A program made the position numbers and the translations under genes. Shown in pieces: positions 12,381 to 25,990 of a DNA stretch of 64,000 nt. Position 1 is the first letter of the stretch, and each line of letters starts with the position of its first letter. The stretch is from Chiloscyllium plagiosum (lineage: Eukaryota): NCBI RefSeq assembly GCF_004010195.1, contig NC_057712.1, positions 89,697,143 through 89,761,142 on the forward strand. Reading direction: 5' to 3'. Below the pieces are notes generated by a model that made no database searches, was not told where the DNA came from, and was given only the letters and a program-made list of their open reading frames with translations.

Positions 12381-13974
12381 TTAGACATCTTGCATTCAAC
12401 TTTACCTAACTCAAAACCAAGGATGGAAGTTAGACCTTTCATGTCTCGGTGAGAATTCTTCATCTAATTAGTTGGTGAACTTCACAACTGTCTGCTTTAC
12501 TGACACACATCATAGATTACTGAGGAGAGTGCCACACTTGATCAGACACCCAATGAGAGAAAACCTCTGTACATTAGACCACGAAAACTCTGTGGGTAGC
12601 TGTCAGCATAGTGAACAGCGTACGTTGTTCCTTCACCACTGATCATAGAATTGAAGCAAATGAAAATGACCCAAACCATTCACAAAATTACATGAGCATT
12701 GCTAAACTCAGACATAGTCATTAATTAAATTCGAGCTACTTTAATTCAGACTGCAGGAAGAGATTAAGCTAAATATCCATACCAATTAATGTACTTGTAC
12801 GGTTATTTGGTGAGATCCAGTTTAAGAACTATAATACATTTAACTTGATTTACTGTTGGAGTGAAGAAGAGGATAGTAAGTGAGCAGGTTGTGAGAAATA
12901 TTTCCAGGAATAAGTCTTTTGAGACATTGATCTGTTGAATGAGGTGTGTTGGAGCAGGATCATTACATTTTGAGCTGTAGGAGTTGGATTATTAAAACTA
13001 GGCTGCAGAAGATAGTAAATGAGCTGCACTCATTGAACTGTGGTAATTGGGCTGTAGGGAATGTGGTATAGATGTTGAGTTGAATTGCAAGAGCTGGCTT
13101 TATAAACATACTAGAATTGAGCAGAAAGGATAATTTTGTTTTGAAATTGGACTACGGAAGAATGGATTCTCATAGCCTGGTTTCAGACTCTATGTTTTAG
13201 TGTTTTGACTGCAAAAAATAATTTTTTATGAAGATGAAACTGAAAGAATTCAGTTCACATAGAGTGAGTACTGTCATGCTGATGAATGAAGTATTGGAAT
13301 TTTTCTCCATGAGGCTAGAGATCACTATAATATTTGATACATAATGTGTACCTCATCCATTTTATTGCTTTAAACTGTACATGGTTTATGTAAGGATCTC
13401 TTTGAGTACTTTTTCATAAAATTGCATGCTTACCTGCATTAGCGATATTTATGCACAATTCCAGCACAGCATCTTGCTCAGTATCTTGACTATTAAGGAC
13501 GTCATGAGCCTGGTCTCTATAATTTTTCACTCATCGCATCTGAGATGCCGCACTGATAACATGCATTCATAACAACTACCATATAATGTATGCCATACAT
13601 AACTGCACACATTGTACAGAGCCTTGAGTAGGAGAATGAATACCCCACCGTGCTAGTAGGGGATTAAATATTACAATGAGCTTCCCATCAAAAAAAGTGG
13701 TTACCAAAATTCCATTGCTAGCAAAATATATGTAGGTATATGATTTAGTAAAATTTGAAAACATAAAAGTTAATTGTTGCAATAAGATAAACTAGACATA
13801 AAGCAAAAAAGTTGAAAAGCAAGGAGGAATTGAATGAAGAAAATATGTCGGCAAAGGAAGCAGAAAAGAAACATATTAAATTTGAACTTGAATTTAGTAT
13901 GACATACTTATTTCAATTATTAAGGATTATTATTATAGCAATAAAATTATTCTCAATATTGGCTATCTTGTCAG

Positions 13975-14069
13975 TGCTGAAAATGTGTTGCTGGAAAAGC
14001 GCAGCAGGTCAGGCAGCATCCAAGGAACAGGAGAATCGACGTTTCGGGCATAAGCCCTTCTTCAGGAAT
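13975..14069 (-). mobile_element. Penelope pLTR fragment, family A
   Basis: Matches the left arm of the 11578 element; ends at ttcaggaat. Confidence 0.85.
14034..14069 (-). ncRNA. Minimal hammerhead ribozyme motif (family A, intact core)
   Basis: Minus strand attc-CTGAAGA-A-GGGC-ttat-GCCC-GAAA-CGTC-gatt. Confidence 0.7.
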
Positions 14070-14143
14070 CATTCCAATGTACAATAGCACAGCCTTCTCA
14101 AGACCTGAGAACTTGAGTTTCCTGAATTGTTACATCTGAACAA

Positions 14144-14689
14144 TGTTGTGGACCAGCTAGACTCCCTCAATATATTTTAAGAAGGTAGCATAGACCCTAA
14201 CTTTTCTTATTTTATAGGTAGATGTGAAGTGAGTGTTCCAGGTGTGATGCAGCTGGTCGAACCACTTGGCTTTAAGTGAAACAGAATTTATTTGAACACT
14301 ACAGCTGAAACATAAATAAAACAAAATGGAATTTAGAATAACTTAACTGGAAAGCGTAACTGTCCCGATACAATACAGTTACATCCCATAAACACATTCT
14401 TTGGCAAAAAGGTAAATTCAAACACAGATTCTTACAGGCAGGAGGGAACAACTTCCAGAGAGGGCTTCCAAAGGAAAGTCAGAGGAATTCTTTTTGAAGC
14501 TTGCAACTCACCTGGATGCACATACCTTGTGACTACTACACTGAAACCAAATTAGAAAAAACCTGAACTGGGAGAACTGACCACTCCTCTTTCATTGCTA
14601 AACTGGACTCTCCTGCACTTCTGCCTTTATGGACTCTCTTCAAAAAAGCCAAAGACAAAATACCTTTTTAAAGTGACAGCATTGTCACA
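14144..14689 (-). mobile_element. Solo LTR (Gypsy-like)
   Basis: TGT...ACA termini; flanks acaa/acag (4-bp TSD with 1 mismatch); related to the LTRs at 52243 and 54605. Confidence 0.75.
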
Positions 14690-17600
14690 ACAGATTCAAA
14701 AGTTTAGGCCCAGAAAGTCACAGTCATACTTCTGGTGTTTGATGACAGTACCTTTAAAAAGCGTCTCTTTTCATGGAGACTTCAGACTCATTTTATAGTC
14801 TTTTGAATATATTTTTACAAAACTTTTCCATAATTGCATATTCTTAAAGATGCTATGGTTAATATGCTTAAATATTGATTTGATGGTGTCCTTGATAAGT
14901 AATGCTGATTTTAGCTTTGTAACTCTTGGCTTATGTTCAGTGCAAATGCAAAAAAAGATTAATTGCAAATTTTTCATAAAATACTAATCAGCATGACCTG
15001 TATAGAAACCAACATAAATTTTGGTAACTTGCCAGTCATTCTAGGAAATTCAAGGCCACATGTCACAGTGCTGCATCTGGGAATCAACACATTGAAGGTG
15101 CAAATCGTTTTAAGTATCTTGACTTTTTTAACAGGCAATTTGATCCCATATCTGTTAGGAATGATGTGAGTCCTAGTATATCTGGCAATAAATGACTGGA
15201 GAGGGAGAAGAAGAAGGAGGGTATAACCATGCTCCCTGGTGGAATTATGCAATTGGAATTTCTACGAGCACTGCTGTTTTGTATCTACCAGACTCTGATG
15301 GATGAAACTTAAATTTATAGCTCAACTCCCGAGGATATGAAAGCTTTTATTGTTAGGAAATATGGATGACTAAGATTCATAAAGGTAAGTTGTACACCTG
15401 CGTAGAGAAAGCAACTAAGGGGTTTCAATTTGATCAGAGACAGGAACATGGAAGTTAGCTTATAGAAGCTGTGCTGCAGATGCTGAACTAGGTACTGGTC
15501 AGAGACTGTCTACCCTGCTGGGATGGTTTAGAATAAGACCCAGGCTGTCCTTTATTCAAATGGAGACTCACGCAGCAGGAGAGCTGGAACTCTGTCTCAG
15601 CCTCAGGCGCAACATATGCTGCTTCCCATCACTTTAATAGAAATTTGTTCCAGAGAAAGAACTAGTCTAATATATGTTATGCAAAACCACCTTAATAAAA
15701 ATGCAACAGACTGAGTAAGGAACGTATTGCAAAAATGACAGAAATAAATATGTTTATGGAAAGAAACAAACATTCATCTAATATTCACTGAAAAACTGGG
15801 AAGTATTAATATTTAGTTCACATTTTAAGTGATGAAGGATTCAAGGTATTTTTTCTAGATCTGTGAAACAAGAAGAAATAAATATTTGACATGAGAAAAA
15901 TGTTGTGTTATTATGATTCATTCATCAGTGTCTATCTTTAGAAACAAAACATAGAGAAATTCTTCAGTGTATACTAGACATATGCGTCAGTGACATGTGG
16001 GGCATAACAAAATATATATGCTCAATAAACTAACGTGTTCGTTTCTAGTCTGTCATCATGTTTTTTTACACTGAAAACATTACAAAATGCTGAGAGAGAC
16101 ACGTGAGCTTTCGCTCTTCACTCTGCCTCTGAGAGACATTCTGGTTCAGAGCTCAGTGCAAAACCTGTTTGCATGGATAGCAGAGAAACTCAATTGTTAA
16201 CCCACTCTGGGACTTTGACCCTGTCTTACTTGTGAAGCCATGATAGTTTCCAGTTAGAATCTCCATCAGCAGATTCATCTGTACTTTCACATACTTATTT
16301 TCCCAACTAAACTAACAGATATATGCACAGTAAATATTCATATTTGTTGTGCGTCTACTTACAGCAAATGGACCGCAACAGTTCAAGAAGGCAGCTCACT
16401 ACCACTTTCTCAAGGACAACTAGGGATGGGCAAGAAATGCTGCCTATGTCCCATGAATGAAGTTTTAAAAATGCATATTTGAACCAGAAAATATCAAGCT
16501 GCCTTGTTTGACACATCGTATAATAGTTTGCATTCATACACACCAATTTGAGCTTCATTATAGCTTAAATTGTGTAGTAGAATTTGAAGATGAAGTTACG
16601 CAAAATATGCTGTGGTAAATCTAAGAATGCCTGCAAGATGAAATATTGCTTTATTTCAGCTCAATTCTTTTTGCGTAATATACATAGGCTTGGATTTTGC
16701 AGCAAAAGTGATGGTGAAGTTAACAGTACTTGTCATTATTAAAGATTAAATTTGACAACAATGTCCTAAGCCTACATTTGCTCAGCTAAACATGGAAATG
16801 AGAGAATTGCGGTCTGAATTCCACAGCCAGTCCACAAGCTGCACTGTAATAGTATCTCAGTAAGAGACTCGGCATTACAATGTATGGAATGGTATAAAGT
16901 TGTGGTAATTACTTACTTAATTTGCACTGAGCAGTCAGAAAAAAATTAGAGCTTGTCCATTCTGATGTTAAGTGTTGCATCCGAATTATTACCGAACAAC
17001 CTCTAAGTTAGCTTCTAAAACTGTAGAGTGTCATTCCTTCACATTTTAATTTTTGTTGGAAATTTAAAAGATGAAACAGTCACTTTCTTATAAAACATTT
17101 TCTCATTTTTATATCTCTCATAACTCTTTCCTTTCCTTTCCTTCTTTCTATATTTCCCCTTCTGTAAATGATTTGATGCTGAATTAATTATAATATTTAC
17201 ACTTTCTGGTTCGGATTCTACACAGTTGGTGAAAAAAATCTTCAGTCAGATTGTAGCCCTGGATTTTCCCTGTTTCTCAATGACTTGGGAACTGGTGAGC
17301 CAGTTGAGAAAGTAGAACAAGATTAGAAAAATGATTTTCTCAATATTGAGAAGAAAATGTCAAATTTTACAACCAAGATTTGAGTGGTGTGATGAGAATC
17401 TCAGTTGTGAGCAGTGAGAGTCAAATTTGAATCTCATTATTACCTATTCTCACTGATGAAATGCAGTTTGCCATCCTCCCACTGGCAGAGAGAAACTAGA
17501 CAGTGACAATTCCCAATATGAAAACTCCAGCTTGGCCAGTAGTCCCCAAAACCTCAGGGCATACTCTTTGGGCAATGATCACTTGCACCACCCATTCACA

Positions 17601-17752
17601 CCAGCTTCACCACACCTCCAACTCATTGAGATTACGGCAAACTAGTATAGTGTGCAGTTTGAAGTGCACCAATATCTTTCTTTGCCATGCTGCTGCCAGG
17701 CTGCTTGATTCCTCTTGAGCTGCATCTCAGGACTTTTGTTTGCTTCTTTACT

Positions 17753-17801
17753 GCTGATTTCCTCTCACCTTGAATTGAGGACTTTGAGCAGAAAGAACAT
17801 C
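17753..17801 (+). repeat. 49-bp exact direct repeat, copy 1
   Basis: gctgatttcctctcaccttgaattgaggactttgagcagaaagaacatc, identical to 18567-18615. Confidence 0.9.
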
Positions 17802-18566
17802 TACTTGGATGGCAACAGCATCTCTGCCTTTCCTTACTTAGCTTTGCTCTTTTACTGCATCATTTGGAGCTGGGGTGAGGTGGGAGGTGAAATCTGGTCG
17901 CAAAAGTCAAAGCAACTTATCAGTGCCTGCTGCTGTGTTAAGAAAGTCAATTGTGGGAGTTGGAGGCAGCATTCTGGGATGCAGAAGGGACAATAATTGT
18001 GATAGAGACCAACCCAACACATATGCGTGTAAGACAATCTTGAATTGGAGAACATAGGTTACCACAGGGTTGGGGAAGTGTGGGGTGGAAGCTCTGAGGT
18101 CATTGATGGTCACCATCACCCTAGCTTTGATGGAGCAGACAGAGCATCCAATAGTTGGCATGTTTAATCTGTAAGCCTAGGTCCCCAGGTGTAGTGTTAG
18201 GAATTGAAGACTTAATTGAAAGTGTCACCTCTGGGAATTTGTAGAGTATTTTTTTCTCTGTTTTAACACATGAGCTGTAATTGTGAGTGGTGAGACCTTC
18301 AAGATGCATTTGTTTTAATTAGATATTAACACAGTGAAGACATCAGTAATCATCGGTAACAATGTATTTGAATCACATGTAAAGTCCAGTTGTGTGAGAT
18401 ATAAATGCTGTTCACAAACAATCTTGACCATGTCATTGATCTTTACGAGTTGATCATAGTCATCTTTGTTAAGCAGAAGTAATTACAGGAGACATTGAAA
18501 GTGTCACCTGTGACCCTCAATCCACAAAGACAATCCAAGATCTTATAGGCTGAACAAGGACGTGGA

Positions 18567-18615
18567 GCTGATTTCCTCTCACCTTGAATTGAGGACTTTG
18601 AGCAGAAAGAACATC
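18567..18615 (+). repeat. 49-bp exact direct repeat, copy 2
   Basis: Identical to 17753-17801. Confidence 0.9.
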
Positions 18616-19399
18616 ACCTTCAGCATGATATAGCAATGCAGTGTTGGGTATGACAAACCAGACAGACTTAATTAATCCTCACTTCCAATGGATGTAAGGT
18701 GAGTGCAGTGATTATTCATTGACTGTAAGTTTATTGTTGCTCAAAACGCCACCAAACCTTATTTATTCCCAGAAGCAAATGAAGCTTTCTTTCTCGGTTT
18801 GCTTTTTTAAAAAAGTTTTGTTGAAAGACAGAAAAAACTAACATTTTCAACTGTTTGAAGGCTTTCATACATGTGACTCTCCCACATTGAACAGTGAAAA
18901 GATGTTGCTATGTGTTAGATATTTCACTTCCTTAGACAGTAGGCCACTAAGAATAAGTGATCCTGTGTTGCTTGATTTTTAGCTGCAGTAACAATAACAG
19001 TTGATCAGACCAGTGATGATATAAAGTAACGACACAATTTGAGCTTCTATTTCTAATGAAGGGTCAGTCGTATCACCTAAGTACCCTCAGAAGTTGTTCT
19101 TTCTTCGTTCCATCCACTTTGTGCACTGTGAAGGACTAATTGCGGCTGACAGTGATTCACCCCGTGCACAGGTAAGCTTTAAATATGGTGCCAGTGGTGG
19201 AAAACCTGGGAGGTCTTGGCATTGACATGTAGTTCTGCTGCTGGTGTAAACAAGATAGACACCAGAGTTGCAAGGTTTCTGGTATAAGGCGAGCAGCAGA
19301 CAATTACACAAAATAATAATTCACATGATTTCGCAGAGAGATACCCTTCGTGAAATTCATGAAATTGACAATTATTTGATTTTTAGTAAATTTCAGCAC

Positions 19400-20032
19400 A
19401 TAGAGTCATAGAGTCAGAGAGATGTATAGCATGGAAACAGACCCTTCGGTCAAACCTGTCCACGCCGACCAGATATCCCAACCCAACCTAGTCCCACCTG
19501 CCAGCACCCGGCCCATATCCCTCCAAACCCTTCCTATTCATATACCCGTCCAAATGCCTCTTAAATGTTGCAATTGTGCCAGCCTCTACCACATCCTCTG
19601 GCAGCTCATTCCATACACGTACTACCCTCTGTGTGAAAAAGCTGCCCCTTAGGTCTCTTTTATATCTTTCCCCTCTCCCCTTAAACACAACATCTTTCCG
19701 ATAGGAAGAAGACAAGAATTGCATGCAATATCCCAACAGTGGCTTAACCAATGTCCTGTACAGCCACAACATGACCTCCCAACTCCTGTACTCAATACTC
19801 TGACCAATAAAGGAAAGCATACCAAATGCTTTCTTCACCATCCTATCTACCTGTGACTCCGCTTTCTAGGAGCTATGAACCTGCACTCCAAGGTCTCTTT
19901 GTTCAGCAACACTCCCTAGGATCTTACCATTAGGTGTATAAGTCCTGCTAAGATTTGCTTTCCCAAAATGCAGCACCTCACATTTACCTGAATTAAACTC
20001 CATCTGCCACTTCTCAGCCCATTGGCCCATCT
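19400..20032 (-). mobile_element. HER1/CR1 LINE 3' fragment with internal deletion
   Basis: ORF 19488-19841 (KAFGMLSFIGQSIEYRSW...FFTQRVVRVWNELP); (atagagtc)n tail on the plus strand. Confidence 0.9.
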
Positions 20033-20367
20033 ACTTGCCCTATTCATACAGAAATCCCTGCAGAGAAAACCAACTCAGCAAACTCTGAATGCCCAATTGG
20101 CATAGCTTCTAGTGTAAAAACCATTGGAACATTTGTGGATATGTAATGTTGTCTTTACTGCTGAATGCAAAATCTGGCCACTAGTATCATGGACGAAGTG
20201 AAAATTAACTTCAATTTATAGCATTTTGGAGTTGACAGTCTAACTAAGTCTTCTATGTAGAGATTTCCATGAACTCAAGGCATTCCACATGCTTTGAAGC
20301 AAATGAAATAATTTTCTAGTATTTACTGTTGTAATGTAAATTACAAAGCAGCTGAGCTGGTAAAAAA

Positions 20368-20915
20368 GACGGTCACACATCTCCTACTGGAATGTGCCTT
20401 TGCAAAGTAAGTCTGGAGAGAGATGCAATGGTTTTTGTCAAGCTTCATCCTGAGCAGCTCCGCGACGCAGGACTCTGTGCTCTATGATCTGTTCACTAGG
20501 ATGCACCTGGAGGACCATCAACTTGGTGAAAGACATTCTTTGGTCTGTTCAAAATGTTTTGGTCTCCCATGCAAAGAGTTGACATCAACTGAATGTTGCA
20601 GACTGGCACATTCCAAGGTCCAGGCTTATGTGCTGAGGCTTGCACTAAAGCTTGAGGCAGCTGTGCCCGAGGCACAGTGGGGGAAGACCATTGCCTCAGG
20701 CATTTCTGCCAAAATACAATGGAGGTCCGTTCAGTTATCAGACCCTCTCAGTGCCTCAATGTATGTACATAGAATCTTGGAAAAGTAAGAAATGCCTTGG
20801 GTTCTTTTGCAACTGCAGGAAATATCAATGTTTGCTTGTTATGCATTGCAAACACAATACAGAAATGCTTCAGTGAATGTGTACTTATTTTAAGTTATTT
20901 TTATGAATAAAGTAC
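20368..20915 (+). mobile_element. Tx1/L1-clade LINE 3' end
   Basis: TVTHLLLECAFAK*VWREMQWFLS (zinc-knuckle end of ORF2), then 3' UTR with aataaa near 20906. Confidence 0.8.
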
Positions 20916-20959
20916 AGCTTTGCAGTTACAAAATGTTGGGAATACTGATGTTCCGACCA

Positions 20960-21215
20960 TGCAAAGAAAAGTTCCTCAAAGAACCATGACATAAATGACC
21001 AGATAATTTGATTTGGTGTCAGTTAAGGAAATTCTCCTGCAGCTCTTCAAAGAATAAAATGTGATCTTTTACATTTACCTGAGAAGGCAGATGGGTACCT
21101 GGTTTGACATCTCATTCAAAAGACAACATCAGCTCAGATACTTGACGTGGGCTTTGAATTCAAGACCTAACTAGCTTAAAAGATTAGAGTGCACCACTGA
21201 GCCAAGGCTGATAAT
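20960..21215 (-). mobile_element. Old SINE, probably Deu-domain type
   Basis: acctgagaaggcagatgg..ggtttgacatctcattcaaaagac resembles the reverse Deu-domain core; similar copy near 32440-32730. Confidence 0.45.
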
Positions 21216-22730
21216 TGGATAATCAGTCCTCCAAACTCAAAATTCAATAGCAAGTCCAAATGGACATGATGGACTGAATATCTTCCTAAGCTTCTAATAC
21301 TGAAATATAGTGCAAATATACTGACATCACATTTTAGTTCCTTATTCACTTGTTCACGTTGATACCTTAAAACTTTCTTTACCCTGCAATGATGGTCTAT
21401 CTGGACCAAACTAAAACACATTACAACAAGTTGGCAAAGCCTATTAAGAACATGCACTCTTCTCTAAGCTTGTTGCCTCTGGAAGCAGAAATGATATCAC
21501 CTTCTCAGATACATGCATGGTGAGGGAGAACAGGTAAGTGGTGAGATTGATTGTTAGATGCACTGTAATTAATCTGCTAATTATAATCTATATGCTGGAC
21601 ACCACAGCTCTAACACAATTCTCATTGATTTATAGTTTTTTGCCTCATCATTTGCCAAGAGTAGATGTATTGCATGTATCTCTGAATTTCTATTCATAAC
21701 CGGCCAACATTGAGATATTGGAAACATGAGTATCGAAAGCTGATTGTTTCTTCTTCTCTTACTGCTCAAGTCCTCTATATTAGAATGTAGTGTTTTGAAG
21801 TGCTAGCTATTTGCAAGGTCACACTCTCACTTCTAGCTGCCATCTAATTTTCTTATTCCCATATAGCTAGCAAATTGCCCAAAAATTCTGATTTAATGAT
21901 TGATGTGAAACACCTCATAATATTTGACATGCACATAAGCAAATGCAGTGCACTGATACAGATGTATAAAACAGCAAATACAATTCATAGTTTTAATGTC
22001 AAAGTTTAACTATTAATTAACTTTTTTTTTGTGCGTGTCTAACTTATTGGTATTTGCTTTACTGCTAACTGTTTTGGTCTGCAGTGCCTGGTGTTTTGGG
22101 TTGATGGTGAAGTAAGCATACTGAGTCAAAGGATACTGCTTACAAATGTCTAACAATACTGATGTCTTGCTTTTCCCCTGTATAAAGGCAGTTAGATGTG
22201 AGCTATGGGAAATTCATAGTTTTGGGAGCAAGCAGGTATGCAACCTTCACAAATTATTCCCACAGCCAATGCAATAAGTTAAAAACACTCAAAATTCTTT
22301 ATTTTAACTTAAATTTCAGCAAATTAAGTAAATATGTAATTGTGCTATGGTAAAAACTAAATTAAATGTAAACAGATTTCTAAAATAAATTGTCTTTTTT
22401 AATCCTGTGAAATTGTAATTGTAATGTAGAAAAATTCAACATTGTACAAATTTAAACTTAATTTATAGGGCCAGTTAAATTCATTAGTATCAGTTGTAGA
22501 GTTAATATGTTGTGAAAATCCAGTTACATCTGATTTCAGAAGGTGTAAGCTTTTCAAAGATTTGTACAACGTGACTTAGCAGCATTAGAGTGGCTGTTCT
22601 TGCCTAATTTGTTATTGCAGGTAAGTTGAAAGTCTGTTGAAACTGCCACAGTGCACCGTACAGAGAATCACAGACTTGCTGAAAGTAACTTCTGAATTTC
22701 CACATTATTCTGTGCATGATCAAATTGTAA

Positions 22731-24075
22731 GACCATAAGAGACTAGGATCAGTACACCATTCAGCTCATATGTTCCATCATTCAATGAGAACATATTTGA
22801 CCTGATAAGCCTTGACTCCACTTTCCTGCCTTTTCCCAATAACCCTTGGTTCCCTTACATTATTAAAAATCTGGTTATTTCATACTCATAGAAACAGACC
22901 CTTCGGTCCAACCTGTCCACTCAAACCAGATATCTCAACCCAACCTAATCCCACCTGCCAGCACCCGGCCCATATCCCTCCAAACCCTTCCTATTCATAT
23001 ACCCATCCAAATGCCTCTTAAATGTTGCAATTGTACCAGTCTCCACCACATCCTCTGGAAGCTCATTCCATTTACATACCACCCTCTGCGTGAAAAAGTT
23101 GCCCCTTAGGTCTCTTTTATATCTTTCCCCTCTCACCCTAAACCTATGCCCTCTAGTTCTGGACTCCCCGATCCCAGGGAAAAGACTTTGTCTATTTATC
23201 CTATCTATGCCCCTCATAGTTTTGTAAACCTCTATAAGGTAACCCCTCATGAGTACACTTAAAGACAGCCTCAGCAGTCCTCTCTGGTAAAGAATTCCAC
23301 AAATTTACTATACTTAGAGAGAAGGAATGTCTCCTCATTTCTGCCTGCATTCACTGAGCTTAATTCCCCTGGTCCTAGACTCCCCTGCAAGGGGAAACAA
23401 CCTCTCTGCATCTATCTCATCAAAACTTCTAAGAATCTTGTATGTTTTATGCGGTCATCTTCCATTGTTCTAAATTCCAATGAGCCCAGGCCCAACCTAT
23501 CCAACCTGTTCTCATAAGACTGTCCCTCCATACTTGAAGCAAACCAAATAAACTGCGCATAATGAAAATTTGAAAAAAAGGCAGAAGTTGATGGAGACAC
23601 TCAGCAGATCTGGCAGCATCTGTGGAGAGAAAGCAGAGTTAACTTTTCAAGTTCAGATTGCATTCTGATAAGAAGGCACAGACGCTGCAGGATCTGCTGA
23701 GTTTTTCCAACAATTTCTGTGTTTTTCCTCTATACCTGATACCAGCTTAGTGAACCTTCTCTGGACTGCCACCAATGCTAGTGTACTTGCTTTAGATAAG
23801 TGCCCAAAACTGTTCACAGTGTTCCAGTTGTTGTCTGTTGAGTTTCTTAAACAGTTTTAGCAAAATCGACCTACCTTCATACTTCATTCCTTTTGAAATA
23901 AAGGCTACCATTTCATTTGTTTTTCTAATTATCCGCTGAACTTGGATGCTAGCTTTTTGAGATTCAAGACAAGGGTTCCCCATTTCCCTCTATTCTGCAG
24001 TCTTTCTTTGTTTCACTAATATTCAGTTCCTTTATTCTTCCTTCCAAAGTGCATAACCTCACATTTTCCTATATT
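22731..24075 (-). mobile_element. CR1 fragment with a nested younger HER1/CR1 3' end (about 22885-23250)
   Basis: ORFs 22945-23250 (MRGYLIEVYK...WNELP), 23412-23600 and 23792-23983 are CR1 ORF2 pieces. Confidence 0.85.
23575..23727. mobile_element. Older Penelope-like inverted-repeat insertion
   Basis: ctcagcagatct.gcagc inverted against gctgc.ggatctgctgag; interrupts the CR1 fragment. Confidence 0.55.
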
Positions 24076-25104
24076 AAGTTGAAATTGCTGTCCATTTCAA
24101 TGAGATAATTACAGCAAACTTGTTTTGTCATCATTAGCAGAGCAAAATCTGGACCATTGTTTGCCTTAGACAACATTGTTTGTCTATGTTAGCAAGTCAT
24201 TAGATTTAGAACAGATTTATCTGCCAAAAACTAGGAGGGGATGTCTCTGACTTATTGTGATTGGACTAATTGACTGATGGGTGCCTTCATGGACTTGGGA
24301 GAAGATGACTTCACTAAAACTTTGAGACGTGGTTGCCTGCTTGCATGATACTATGTTTGTTGCATATGTGGAGCAGGTGTGAGATTGAAATAGTACATTG
24401 TCATACAGTGAGATATATACCTGTTTAACAAATGCTATACAGCAAAATATTTGGATCATTGCGTAACTGTGTTAATTAGCATGGCTAGCAAGGGAATGCA
24501 TGCAGTTAGGAACGAAGAAAGCAAGTGAGCAGACCTGAGATACAGTCTGATCCATTCTGTGACTGCATGCCTGTTCGTGTACACTAAGGGTCCCTTCTGC
24601 AACCTTTCAATTCTCATTGCCAGTGCATCTTGCTATGCAAGTCTGTGCTTCCAAAGTGCACTGTCCATGTATAGGAGAGGTTCCATGAGGTCTATGAGTG
24701 GTTAGCAGATGCCAATGTCTATGGGTGAGAGGTAGATATAGCTGGTACCTTGTGATTCCTGTCCTGATCAGCAGTTTAATCACATGTAATGTGAGGGTAT
24801 TTTGGAGTGAATGACAAACTAAATCTGCCAGGTACCCATTCAGATTTTCAATTTGCATTGTCTTGACATTTAACTTGATTGGTGAGTTTGGTAAAAGCAT
24901 TAAAGATGATGCAAGTTGTTTCTAATGATCAAATAATCCTCAGTGCACTTCTCACCTGATTTTGCTATATATTCTGATAGTCCATATCACTCGGACCCTG
25001 ATTAGATTCGACCCGTCAGCCTGTTGGTAAGCTTGACAAAGTAGCTGCTGAAGGGTTATTTTCCCTCACATTTTTCTTTTAGTTTTATGCAAGATGAAAT
25101 AGTC

Positions 25105-25365
25105 ATAGATGGGGAGGAATTTCTTTTCTTAGAAGGTAGTGAATCTATGGAATTCTTTACAACAAGGGACTGTTGAATCTGGGTCATTATGTATATTCAA
25201 GATTGAGACAGACAAATTTTTCATCAGTGAGGGAAGCGAAGTTTGTCAGAAAGAGGTGGAAAAGTGGAGTTGAGGATTATCGGATTAGGCTGTGCTCTTA
25301 TTGAATGGTAGAGAAGACTAGATGGGGGTGAATGTTATACTTGCTGTTACAGCTTATGGTCTTAT
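25105..25365 (+). mobile_element. CR1 LINE 3' end
   Basis: RRNFFS*KVVNLWNSL motif and 3' UTR. Confidence 0.75.
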
Positions 25366-25559
25366 TGTTTTATGGCTGATGTCAACAGTTGAAGTGAGGC
25401 TAGAGTAACTTGCCTTTATGTCTGAGTTTATCATCAATGAACCGTCTCAAAAAAAGAAGATGGTGGAAAGCAGGGGAAAAGCTCTCTATTTCTTAAAGTC
25501 ATGCTTGGAACAATGAAGAATTGGGTAGTGCGTTGGGTAGTGTCCCAGGCCCAACCATC

Positions 25560-25990
25560 TTTGATTGTTTCATTCAGGACCTTCCCTCCTTCATAAGCCA
25601 GAAGTGAGGTGCTTGCTGATGATTGCACAATGTTCAGCACCATTCATGACTCCTCCGATACTAAAGCAGACCCTCTTTGTATATGGCAAGCCTTGGATAA
25701 GATACAGGCTCAGGCTGACAAATGGCAAATAATATTTGCATCATACAAGTGCCGTGCAGGAACTCCAGTAAGACAGAAGCTACCACTGCTTTCAACATTG
25801 AGGCTAGGTCATTTGCATTTTTCAAGCCAGAAGTAGACAGATTTTTAATCAGTAAGGGAATTAAGTGTTTTGGGGAAAAAGGTTTTAACGTTGAGGATTA
25901 TCAGATCAGCTGTGATCTGATTAAATGGCTAAGCAGACTTGATGGGCTGAATGGCCTACTATTGCTCCAATATCATATATTCTTATGGCT
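25560..25990 (+). mobile_element. LINE RT fragment joined to a CR1 3' end
   Basis: LADDCTMF...LDKIQAQADKWQ RT motif, followed by a CR1 3' UTR. Confidence 0.7.
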
